38,764 bases of DNA from an uncultured Eubacteriales bacterium (GCA_900554855.1 USIZ01000001.1:1-38764); one strand, 5' to 3'; numbered from the stretch's first letter, positions 18,505 through 25,735 are shown. The notes: generated by a model from the sequence alone, not told the origin. Numbers and translations are program-made.

Positions 18505-18526
18505 GGATGACAAGGCGGCTTTTTTT
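18492..18526 (+). terminator. Rho-independent terminator
   Basis: 12-bp stem (one G-U pair), AGGA loop, T7 run at 18520-18526. Confidence 0.8.
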
Positions 18527-18577
18527 GATCGGAAAGCATATAGACGCCTTAAAACTGCAACTTTTAAGGAGTGTGTT

Positions 18578-18802
18578 ATGACGGAGACGATAATCTGCGC
18601 CCTCATCACAGGGGGGCTGACGCTGATGGGCGTGCTCATCGCCAACGGCAAACAGCAGGCGATCACGGACACCAAACTGGACGAGCTGACCCGCGAGGTG
18701 CGGGAGCACAACAACTTTGCCCAGCGGGTGCCGGTGATCGAGGAACAGATTAAAGTAATCAATCACAGGATTCAGGATCTGGAGCATGTGAGCGACCGAT
18801 GA
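18578..18802 (+). CDS. Membrane protein, N-terminal TM plus coiled coil (lysis-associated/holin candidate)
   Basis: AAGGAG SD. TM segment IICALITGGLTLMGVLIA. Confidence 0.55.
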   Translation: MTETIICALITGGLTLMGVLIANGKQQAITDTKLDELTREVREHNNFAQRVPVIEEQIKVINHRIQDLEHVSDR

Positions 18803-18813
18803 AAGGAGGAGAC

Positions 18814-19005
18814 ATGGAAAACATCAAGAAACGGCTGGGGAATCTGCTTGCGGTGAAGTCTCTGGTGACCATCACCCTGACGGTGGTGTTCGCGGTGCTG
18901 GCCCTGCGGGAGAGCATCAGCGGCAGCGAGTTTTTGACCATCTTCACGGTGGTCATCGGGTTCTATTTCGGGACCCAGCGGGTAGCGGAGGACAAGAACA
19001 GTTGA
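18814..19005 (+). CDS. Holin candidate (two TM segments)
   Basis: GAAAGGAGGAG SD. 63 aa with two hydrophobic segments, upstream of the lysins. Confidence 0.65.
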   Translation: MENIKKRLGNLLAVKSLVTITLTVVFAVLALRESISGSEFLTIFTVVIGFYFGTQRVAEDKNS

Positions 19006-19048
19006 AAACGGTTGGAGAATCAACCGAATTTTGAAAGGAGTACATATT

Positions 19049-19372
19049 ATGGAAAAGAAGTTTGCTGACATTATCAATGAGGGCTGCAAGGCTGGCAAAA
19101 CCATCGAGGCCATCAACGCAGAGCTGAAGGAGGCCGGTGCCAACTTCCACCTGAATCCCGACGGCGGCGTGGCCAACTGGACCGAGGCGGAGATGGCCGA
19201 GGGCTTCCGGCCCGGTGCGCCTGCAGAGGACGTCAAGCACCTGCATGACTATATGCGGCGTGACCCCGCCAAGGCCAACACCGAGGAGGAGGTCTGGGTC
19301 CCGGAAGGCCATTACCGCATTACCTTTGACGAGGACGGCCACGCCACCAAGGCCGTGAGAATCAATGGTTGA
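19049..19372 (+). CDS. Hypothetical protein
   Basis: GAAAGGAG SD. No family recognised. Confidence 0.55.
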   Translation: MEKKFADIINEGCKAGKTIEAINAELKEAGANFHLNPDGGVANWTEAEMAEGFRPGAPAEDVKHLHDYMRRDPAKANTEEEVWVPEGHYRITFDEDGHATKAVRING

Positions 19373-20048
19373 TACGTTCGACTGCGCCCGTGCGCAGATC
19401 TACCACAACACCGCCAAGCTGACCCCGGCCCAGATCAAGGCCAAGACCGGCTGCACCCACATCATCAACGGCTATCTGTTCAACGGCAAGTTTCAGCCGG
19501 TGGGCTGGACGGTGATCGACGGCAAGGTCATCAGCCGGGACGCGTATCAGGACTGGGGCGTGTCCATTGGCAGTGACGGCAAACCGCAGATGCTGACGGA
19601 CCGGGGAGGATCTTTCCTCTCCGGCGTCCCGATCCTCAAGGGCGGGTCCAAGCTCTACCGGGGCCTGACCGCCGACGTGGCCCGGCCTGCTGCCCGGACG
19701 GCGGTGGGCTGGATGCCCAACGGCAAGGTATGCCTGTGGTGCGACAAGGCCAGCCTGACCCGTGAGCAGCTCCAAAACAAACTGCTGGGGCTGGGCGTGG
19801 TGGATGCCCTCATGCTGGACGGCGGCGGCTCCACCCAGGGTATTTTCCCCGGCGGGAAGGTGACCAGCTCCAGGAAGGTGCCTACGCTGCTGCTGTTTTG
19901 GGAGCGGTCGGCAATTAAGGCGGAAGATCAAGCCCTCGCATGGGGGAAGTCTCACGGCCTGCTGACGGACGCCAACGCCGGGGAGACCGTGACCCGCGCC
20001 GACATGGTTTGGGCGCTGTATCAGATCTGGGGGGATAACCATGGTTGA
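19365..20048 (+). CDS. Phosphodiester glycosidase (NAGPA/DUF2233-like) domain protein, putative lysin
   Basis: LMLDGGGSTQ motif and overall resemblance to the family. Located in the lysis cassette. Confidence 0.65.
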   Translation: MVDTFDCARAQIYHNTAKLTPAQIKAKTGCTHIINGYLFNGKFQPVGWTVIDGKVISRDAYQDWGVSIGSDGKPQMLTDRGGSFLSGVPILKGGSKLYRGLTADVARPAARTAVGWMPNGKVCLWCDKASLTREQLQNKLLGLGVVDALMLDGGGSTQGIFPGGKVTSSRKVPTLLLFWERSAIKAEDQALAWGKSHGLLTDANAGETVTRADMVWALYQIWGDNHG

Positions 20049-20442
20049 GATCCACGCTTACAGCAAAGCCGCCTCCGGGGGCAAGCAGCTCTCCGCGCAT
20101 TTCAAGGTGCGGGAGTTTGCGTGTGGAGACGGGTCTGACGCTGTTTTGGTGGCGCCCCGGCTGGTGATGGTGCTGGAGACCATTCGCGCCCACTTCGGCG
20201 CTCCGGTGGTCATCCACAGTGGCTACCGCACGCCGCAGTACAATGCCAAAGTGAACGGCGCGGCTCACAGCCAGCACTGCTATGGCATGGCGGCGGATAT
20301 TTCCGTCAGCGGCCAGAAACCGGAGACGGTGGCGGCCTTCGCCCGGACGCTGATGCCCGATTTGGGCGGCGTAGGCATCTACGCCAAGAAGGGCTTTACC
20401 CACATCGACGTGCGAGAGAAACGCTCCGACTGGACGGGCTAA
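20041..20442 (+). CDS. Peptidase M15A-type zinc metallopeptidase (endolysin)
   Basis: HSGYRTPQYN...HSQHCYGMAADI...HIDV motif. Confidence 0.8.
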   Translation: MVEIHAYSKAASGGKQLSAHFKVREFACGDGSDAVLVAPRLVMVLETIRAHFGAPVVIHSGYRTPQYNAKVNGAAHSQHCYGMAADISVSGQKPETVAAFARTLMPDLGGVGIYAKKGFTHIDVREKRSDWTG

Positions 20443-20517
20443 ACATCTGAAAGGAGGGCCAGAAGATGGCAACAACATCCACGCGGTTAATCCGCGCTCT
20501 GCAAGTCTGGATAACCC

Positions 20518-20754
20518 ATGGAAAAAACAAACCGAGAGATCCGGGCGCTGTTGTCATCCATGGCCCCGGCCCGAGCGGCGCAGGCCGTCCGGCTGGTAGG
20601 CTTGCCGCCTGACGAGGAAACGGCGGTGCTGGCGGTGGATGTCCACGGCCAAAGCTGCCTACAGGCGGCGGCGCTGCTCCACGTCAGCGTGGACGGGTTG
20701 GCCAAGATCCGGCGGCGCGCCTACGCCAAAATCGCGGATGATATGCAGGGATAA
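20518..20754 (+). CDS. Small sigma-70 region-4-like HTH protein (possible late regulator); 5' end uncertain
   Basis: CLQAAALLHVSVDGLAKIRRRAYAKI HTH. No SD before ATG 20518. A strong SD plus ATG sits at 20466 in another frame. Confidence 0.6.
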   Translation: MEKTNREIRALLSSMAPARAAQAVRLVGLPPDEETAVLAVDVHGQSCLQAAALLHVSVDGLAKIRRRAYAKIADDMQG

Positions 20755-20760
20755 AGAAAA

Positions 20761-20783
20761 GCCGTGTCCGAATCGGACACGGC
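20761..20783. terminator. Bidirectional terminator, 23-nt perfect palindrome
   Basis: GCCGTGTCCGAATCGGACACGGC flanked by an A-run and a T-run, between convergent genes. Confidence 0.85.
20766..20778. repeat. GTCCGAATCGGAC palindrome, copy 5
   Basis: Core of the bidirectional terminator. Confidence 0.95.
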
Positions 20784-20788
20784 TTTCC

Positions 20789-21409
20789 TTATTTTTTTCC
20801 CCGCTTTTTCTTGCGCTGCGCCATAAAATCCTTGTCCAAGCGGTTGACTGTGGTAGGTGCTTTTCGGGTCCCTTGTCTGATTTGGGTGCGCTCCTGATGC
20901 CATTTTATCCGGAGCCTGTCACACTCCTCAGAGCATGTGATTCGAGGGGTTCCGGGGGAAATCGGTTTTCCACAAATCACGCAGACTTTTTGACCTCTTC
21001 GCGGCTTCTGTGCCCGCAGCTCATAATAATTATTTTCCTCGTTCCATTTTTTGGATGCCTCGCGGTCCGCCTGACGATATGCTCCCGGGGCACAGTCTTT
21101 ACAGTACCGCTGGCGCGCCGAATTGACAATATACTCTTTCCCGCAGATCGTACAATGGTCAATACTGCCAAGAGGCCGGATTGTTCCGCTTTTGTGGCAT
21201 CGTGCAGCTGACTCTTTTTTGCGGATGGCCCGGCAATTAGGGCAGTACCAAGCCCGAGGGCCACCGTCAAAGATCGCACCACACTCGCGGCAAGTCCGTG
21301 GGCGTATGGTGGTAGATCTCTCTGCCGCAAAACACTCCGCACATACACGCTGCTCAACTTTGGTGGCGGGGAACAGCTTCCCGCATTTTATGCACGCCTT
21401 GAGCCGCAT
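20789..21409 (-). CDS. Multi-CxxC zinc-ribbon protein with basic tail
   Basis: 206 aa with at least 6 CxxC pairs and a KKKRGKK C-terminus. Confidence 0.65.
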   Translation of the reverse strand: MRLKACIKCGKLFPATKVEQRVCAECFAAERSTTIRPRTCRECGAIFDGGPRAWYCPNCRAIRKKESAARCHKSGTIRPLGSIDHCTICGKEYIVNSARQRYCKDCAPGAYRQADREASKKWNEENNYYELRAQKPRRGQKVCVICGKPISPGTPRITCSEECDRLRIKWHQERTQIRQGTRKAPTTVNRLDKDFMAQRKKKRGKK

Positions 21410-21412
21410 ATT

Positions 21413-21751
21413 TTAGCCCCGCGTGTATAGCCCTACGGCTTGCGCCAGCAAAATCCGCAAATAGTCCGGGCAAGCGCTTGCCCCAGATTCCCAATTCTCC
21501 ACCGTCCGGCGCGGGATACAGAAGCGCTGGGCAAAAGCAACCTGAGACAAGCCAGTGGCTGCTCTGATCTCGCGGATCGTAATATGAGCCACATCCCACA
21601 ACGCTCCCAAAGACTGGATCCGATCATCCGGGATGTCAGCGCCTTCCGGATCTCCCCAGATGTCAGATAGCGCCCAGTCTGATACATACATGTCCCGGTC
21701 TTGGTCGGCAAGTGCACCGAAAAAGAGGGTGCTGAACTGCTTGTCAGTCAT
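21413..21751 (-). CDS. XRE-family HTH regulator (C-terminal HTH)
   Basis: IREIRAATGLSQVAFAQRFCIPRRTVENWESG. Confidence 0.8.
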   Translation of the reverse strand: MTDKQFSTLFFGALADQDRDMYVSDWALSDIWGDPEGADIPDDRIQSLGALWDVAHITIREIRAATGLSQVAFAQRFCIPRRTVENWESGASACPDYLRILLAQAVGLYTRG

Positions 21752-21763
21752 GGTATATCCTCC

Positions 21764-22036
21764 TTAATTCAGTTCATCAACAAAGACAACCATATCTTCG
21801 TCAGGGACAAGGACTCCGTCCTCGTCATATTTGATGCAAGCGCCATCTTCGCAGGTGCTGTTGTTGGCCATTTCGATGCAATAATCAACATCCTCAACGG
21901 TATAAGTATCAGTTTCCTCATCATAGGGCAGGGAACCGGCGGTAAAATAATCGCGGCTCCAGTCCGGATCGTATCCGGAACCATTCCAGCGCTGGATCTT
22001 GATCTCTACGGTTTTCTTTCCATCAGTAATTTTCAT
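21764..22036 (-). CDS. Small highly acidic protein (90 aa)
   Basis: AGGAGG SD. By hand count, 23 Asp/Glu versus 7 Lys/Arg. First gene of the minus-strand operon. Confidence 0.7.
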   Translation of the reverse strand: MKITDGKKTVEIKIQRWNGSGYDPDWSRDYFTAGSLPYDEETDTYTVEDVDYCIEMANNSTCEDGACIKYDEDGVLVPDEDMVVFVDELN

Positions 22037-22075
22037 TTTATTTTCCTCCTGGGCTTTGCCCCTCTTGTTGTTATT

Positions 22076-22104
22076 ATAATACCACCAATTTAGTGGTATG
22101 TCAA
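22076..22104 (-). promoter_or_regulatory. Promoter TTGACA-17-TATTAT with an inverted-repeat operator in the spacer
   Basis: Reverse complement of 22099-22104 is TTGACA and of 22076-22081 is TATTAT. ATACCAC-N7-GTGGTAT spans 22078-22098. Confidence 0.7.
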
Positions 22105-22137
22105 GAGGAAAAAGCAAAAAATACAAAATATTTTTTG

Positions 22138-22178
22138 GGCAGTTTGAGGGCAGAATACAGGCAGTTTCCGGGCAGTTT
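22138..22178 (+). promoter_or_regulatory. Four GGCAG(T/A)(T/A)T boxes phased at exactly 11 bp
   Basis: Boxes start at 22138, 22149, 22160 and 22171, upstream of the cargo operon. Confidence 0.7.
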
Positions 22179-22226
22179 GGCTGTCCGGATTTTTTGTATC
22201 ATATACGTGTAAAGGAGGCGCACACA

Positions 22227-22364
22227 ATGTACGAGCGGCTTTTGGCCTGCGGGTATCCGGCAGAGATGGCGCGAGAGATCATAGCGCGGACCGACCCGGC
22301 GGAGCTGGAACGATACGTGCGCATGATTGAGCTTTTATACGATGACCGGAGGGAATATGTATAA
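22227..22364 (+). CDS. Small helical protein (45 aa), cargo gene 1
   Basis: AAAGGAGG SD. Confidence 0.55.
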   Translation: MYERLLACGYPAEMAREIIARTDPAELERYVRMIELLYDDRREYV

Positions 22365-22737
22365 CCATTTCAACCCCAACCCCTGCGGGAAAAATGTGGG
22401 GGATTGCACCGTGCGGGCAATCGTAAAGGCTACCGGCAAGGATTGGGGCGAAATTTATTTGCGGCTCTGTATCCAAGGGTATCTGGATGGGGATATGCCG
22501 TCGGCAAACGCTTGTTGGGGGAGGTATCTCCGCAGCATCGGATATCGGCGGTATATCGTGCCGGACACTTGCCCAGACTGCTACACGGTTGGGCAATTTG
22601 CGGAGGATCACCCAAAAGGCACCTATATTCTGGCGCTGTCCGGTCATGTGGTCTGCGTCTGCGACGGCATGATCTGGGACAGCTGGGACAGCAGCAATGA
22701 GAACATCTTGTATTACTGGGTCAAGGAGGATGACTAA
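22357..22737 (+). CDS. Putative papain-like Cys/His peptidase-fold protein, cargo gene 2
   Basis: GDCTVRAI (Cys) and SGHVVCV (His) motifs. ATG at 22357 overlaps the upstream stop. Confidence 0.55.
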   Translation: MYNHFNPNPCGKNVGDCTVRAIVKATGKDWGEIYLRLCIQGYLDGDMPSANACWGRYLRSIGYRRYIVPDTCPDCYTVGQFAEDHPKGTYILALSGHVVCVCDGMIWDSWDSSNENILYYWVKEDD

Positions 22738-22738
22738 A

Positions 22739-23185
22739 ATGGCTTACACACCTTACGGATGGCAAAATCCCTATTACGCACCGCCTATGCCGGATAACCT
22801 CATGCAGATGCGCCAGCAGCAGATGCAGCCCATGACGCCCCAGATGCCGCAGGCTCCGCAAAACCCGGTGGCGCAGAGCGGCGTCCAGTGGGTAGCCGGT
22901 GAGAAAGAAGCCCGCAACTGGATGATCGCGCCTAACGCCGCCGTGGCGTTGTGGGACAGCACGGCCCCAACGGTATATCTCAAGCAGGCGGACGCCAGCG
23001 GCAAACCGTCCCTTAAAATTTATGACCTCGTAGAGCGCTCTCAGACGCCGCCTGCCGCACCGCAGGCTAAGGCCGTGGATTTTGTCACGCGGGAGGAGTT
23101 TGACCGTCTGGCGGCGATTGTGGGCGAAATTCGGGGCAAAGAAAAGCCCGCGAAGAAAGTAAAGGAGGCTGACGCTGATGGCTAA
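22739..23185 (+). CDS. Q/P/M-rich N-terminus plus small beta domain protein, cargo gene 3
   Basis: AAGGAGGA SD. Starts 2 nt after the upstream stop. Confidence 0.6.
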   Translation: MAYTPYGWQNPYYAPPMPDNLMQMRQQQMQPMTPQMPQAPQNPVAQSGVQWVAGEKEARNWMIAPNAAVALWDSTAPTVYLKQADASGKPSLKIYDLVERSQTPPAAPQAKAVDFVTREEFDRLAAIVGEIRGKEKPAKKVKEADADG

Positions 23186-23396
23186 TCCTTTTTTTAAGGC
23201 CATGGGCGGCGGTCAGATGCCGGGGCCGATGGGCCAATTCCAGCGGCTCATGCAGCAATTTAACCAGTTCCGCGCCACGTTTCAGGGCGATCCAAAAGCG
23301 GAGGTGGAAAAGCTGCTGCAATCCGGCAAAATGAGCCAGCAGCAGTTAAACCAGCTGCAAGAAATGGCAAAGCAATTTGAGAGCTTTTTGCGGTAA
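23178..23396 (+). CDS. Small Q-rich helical protein, cargo gene 4
   Basis: ATG overlaps the upstream stop. Confidence 0.6.
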   Translation: MANPFFKAMGGGQMPGPMGQFQRLMQQFNQFRATFQGDPKAEVEKLLQSGKMSQQQLNQLQEMAKQFESFLR

Positions 23397-23447
23397 TCAA
23401 AATCGTGGCCACGATTTGATTGATAAAATTTTGAAAGGAGAGATATT

Positions 23448-24170
23448 ATGTCTCTATCTGACGGTATGCCGACGATGACCATGCCTGTGGCTCCCGCCAA
23501 CACCTCCGGCAGCGGAAACGGCTTTGGCTGGGGCGGTGACGGTGCATGGTGGATCATTATCCTGTTTTTGTTTGTTTTTTGCGGCTGGGGCGGCAACGGC
23601 TGGGGCAACAACGGCGGCAATGGCGGCGGCGTGGTCGACGGCTATGTGCTGACCTCTGACTTTGCCAATGTCGAGCGCAAGATCGACAGTGTAAATCAGG
23701 GCCTTTGCGACGGATTTTACCAGCAGGCGCAGCTTGTCAACGGCACCAACATGGCGATGGCAAACGGCTTTGCACAGGCCGAGCTTTCCCGCAGCAACCA
23801 GCAGGCGGCTCTCATGCAGCAGTTGACTGCCATGCAGATGCAGGCCCAGCAGTGCTGCTGCGACCAGCGGGCCGACACGGCACAGCTCCGGTATGACATG
23901 GCTACGCAGGGCTGCGACACCCGCAACACCATCCAGACCGCAACGCGGGACATCATCGACAACGCCAACAGCAACAGCCGCGCGATCCTCGATTTCCTGA
24001 CCCAGAGCAAGCTGCAGGATCTCCAGAGCGAGAACCAGGGTTTGAAGCTGGCCGCATCTCAGGCGGCACAGAACAGCTATCTGGTGTCTCAGCTCCGTCC
24101 TTCTCCCATCCCGGCCTACACGGTGCAGAATCCCTATTGCTGCAACCAGTTTGCCGGATGCGGTTGCTGA
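23448..24170 (+). CDS. Membrane-anchored G/W/N-rich, Q-rich coiled-coil protein with Cys clusters, cargo gene 5
   Basis: GAAAGGAGAG SD. TM segment AWWIIILFLFVFCGW. QQCCCDQ and C-terminal YCCNQFAGCGC. Confidence 0.7.
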   Translation: MSLSDGMPTMTMPVAPANTSGSGNGFGWGGDGAWWIIILFLFVFCGWGGNGWGNNGGNGGGVVDGYVLTSDFANVERKIDSVNQGLCDGFYQQAQLVNGTNMAMANGFAQAELSRSNQQAALMQQLTAMQMQAQQCCCDQRADTAQLRYDMATQGCDTRNTIQTATRDIIDNANSNSRAILDFLTQSKLQDLQSENQGLKLAASQAAQNSYLVSQLRPSPIPAYTVQNPYCCNQFAGCGC

Positions 24171-24238
24171 CAACTGCATAGCGTAGCTTTTTCGTGATCT
24201 CACGAAAATGTTCGGCCCCATGCCGATACTAAACCAAA

Positions 24239-24269
24239 GCGGCGGGGCAATAGCCCTGCCGCTGATTTT
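24239..24269 (+). terminator. Hairpin plus weak U-tract (terminator/attenuator)
   Basis: GCGGCGGGG-caatag-CCCTGCCGC followed by TGATTTT. Confidence 0.45.
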
Positions 24270-24285
24270 ATGAAAGGAGTTTTTT

Positions 24286-24711
24286 ATGCCTGAATACACT
24301 GCTGTTGCCGCGCAAACTGTAGCGGCAAACCAGAACGTGCTTTTTACCGAGGCACCGATCCCTTGCACCAAGGGCCTTGTGACGCACCGCGCAGGCTCCG
24401 GCCTGCTTAACCTCCGTGGTAACTGTTCTCAGTGCCGCGTCCGCTATAAAGTGGACTTTATCGGCAATATTGCCGTAAGCACCGGCGGAACCCCCGGCCC
24501 CATCTCCGTTGCCATTGCGGTTGACGGTGAGCCGCTCCCGTCCTCCGTTGCGACGGTGACGCCCGCAGCGGCGGGGGCATTTTTTAACGTGGCTGCATCC
24601 GAGTACGTTGACGTTACAAAGGGCTGCTGCGCGTCGCTGTCTATCCGCAACGTTAGTGGCGAGGACATTGACGTGAGAAACGCGAACCTTATCATTACCA
24701 GAGTTTGCTGA
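24286..24711 (+). CDS. C1q/TNF-like (BclA C-terminal-domain-like) beta-jelly-roll protein, cargo gene 6
   Basis: GAAAGGAG SD. 141 aa with an alternating beta-strand pattern. The fold assignment is from memory of the family and is not verified. Confidence 0.6.
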   Translation: MPEYTAVAAQTVAANQNVLFTEAPIPCTKGLVTHRAGSGLLNLRGNCSQCRVRYKVDFIGNIAVSTGGTPGPISVAIAVDGEPLPSSVATVTPAAAGAFFNVAASEYVDVTKGCCASLSIRNVSGEDIDVRNANLIITRVC

Positions 24712-24725
24712 GAAAGGAGAACACA

Positions 24726-25091
24726 ATGGGAATGAAATCTATGTATGAACTGCGGGATATGCTCTGCAAAGAGCTTGATGAACTGATCCGCAAGGGCGAA
24801 CTGGGTGCCGGTGATCTGGATATCGCTCACAAGCTGACGGACACCATCAAAAACATCGACAAGATCGAGGCGATGGACGAGCGCGGCTATTCCGGGCGCT
24901 ATCTGGACGATGATCTGCGTGGCTACAGCCGTGGCAGCTCCTATGCCCGTCGGCATTACGTCCGAGGCCATTACAGCCGCGACGACGGCCGGGAGGCCAT
25001 GCGCCGTCAGCTTCGGGATATGCTGGACGATGCCGATGATGATACCATTCGTAGCGCGATCCAGCGCTGCATGGACGCCGTGGAGGGATAA
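24726..25091 (+). CDS. Charged helical protein with RGYS/RxHY repeats, cargo gene 7
   Basis: GAAAGGAG SD then ATG at 24726. Confidence 0.6.
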   Translation: MGMKSMYELRDMLCKELDELIRKGELGAGDLDIAHKLTDTIKNIDKIEAMDERGYSGRYLDDDLRGYSRGSSYARRHYVRGHYSRDDGREAMRRQLRDMLDDADDDTIRSAIQRCMDAVEG

Positions 25092-25105
25092 GGGGGTGCG
25101 GCCCC

Positions 25106-25603
25106 ATGATCGATGAGCAGGAGTTGTCCTTGTGGATCAAACGGCTGGAGGCTGAGCCGTCCAGTTGGAAAAACTATGAGCGGTTGTCGATCCTTTACGC
25201 GATCCGATCTCAGCTCAACCTTACCGCATCGGCGGAAAAAACTTTGACCAGACGGGACATGCTACTCCGCTGGAAAATGGATTTTACCAAGGCAGAAGCG
25301 GAAAAATGGGCGGCGGGGTTGGAAAACTCTGACGGCACCACTGGCCCGCACTGGCCTATTGAGCAGACCAGCGCTTTGGCGGACAGCATGGGGATCTCTC
25401 CAGAGCAGGTACCCCCGTGGTGCTGGTGGATCACCGTAAATATGATGTACGCCGACTACAGCGAGGTAGCGCTGCACTATGGGATCAAGACCGTTGGCTT
25501 TTTTGGCGAGATGGCGCAAGCATTTTTGTTTGACAAAGACGGTCCTGGTTTTCGGGACAAGCTGGCTGCCTACTATTTCGGTATCGTCCAAGCGGGAAAG
25601 TAG
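25106..25603 (+). CDS. Hypothetical Trp-rich protein, cargo gene 8
   Basis: AAGGGGGTG SD. DGTTGPHWPIEQT...MMYADYSEVA motif. Confidence 0.6.
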   Translation: MIDEQELSLWIKRLEAEPSSWKNYERLSILYAIRSQLNLTASAEKTLTRRDMLLRWKMDFTKAEAEKWAAGLENSDGTTGPHWPIEQTSALADSMGISPEQVPPWCWWITVNMMYADYSEVALHYGIKTVGFFGEMAQAFLFDKDGPGFRDKLAAYYFGIVQAGK

Positions 25604-25610
25604 GGCCGAC

Positions 25611-25630
25611 TGTGTTCGGAACTGTGTTCA
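25611..25630 (+). repeat. Two TGTGTTC(G/A) boxes (putative integrase arm-type sites, P arm)
   Basis: Copies at 25611-25618 and 25623-25630. Confidence 0.55.
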
Positions 25631-25684
25631 CACATCCCCTTATAACCGTTTCTATCCGGCTCTAACAGCCAGTTAAAAACAGCG

Positions 25685-25731
25685 AAAAACCGTTGAAATT
25701 GCAAGCATTACAAGCAATTCCAACGGTTTTT
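25685..25731. terminator. Bidirectional rho-independent terminator
   Basis: 13-bp stem (1 mismatch), 11-nt loop, A5 upstream and T5 downstream. Confidence 0.8.
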
Positions 25732-25735
25732 CATT

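Noticed and set aside
23396-23421. Near-perfect palindrome AATCAAAATCGTGG/CCACGATTTGATT between cargo genes 4 and 5, and TTTTCGTGA-TC-TCACGAAAA at 24189-24208
   Set aside because: Both are real inverted repeats, but they have no loop or U-tract typical of terminators. They could be operators or RNA processing sites. The evidence is insufficient to assign a function, so they are not listed as features.
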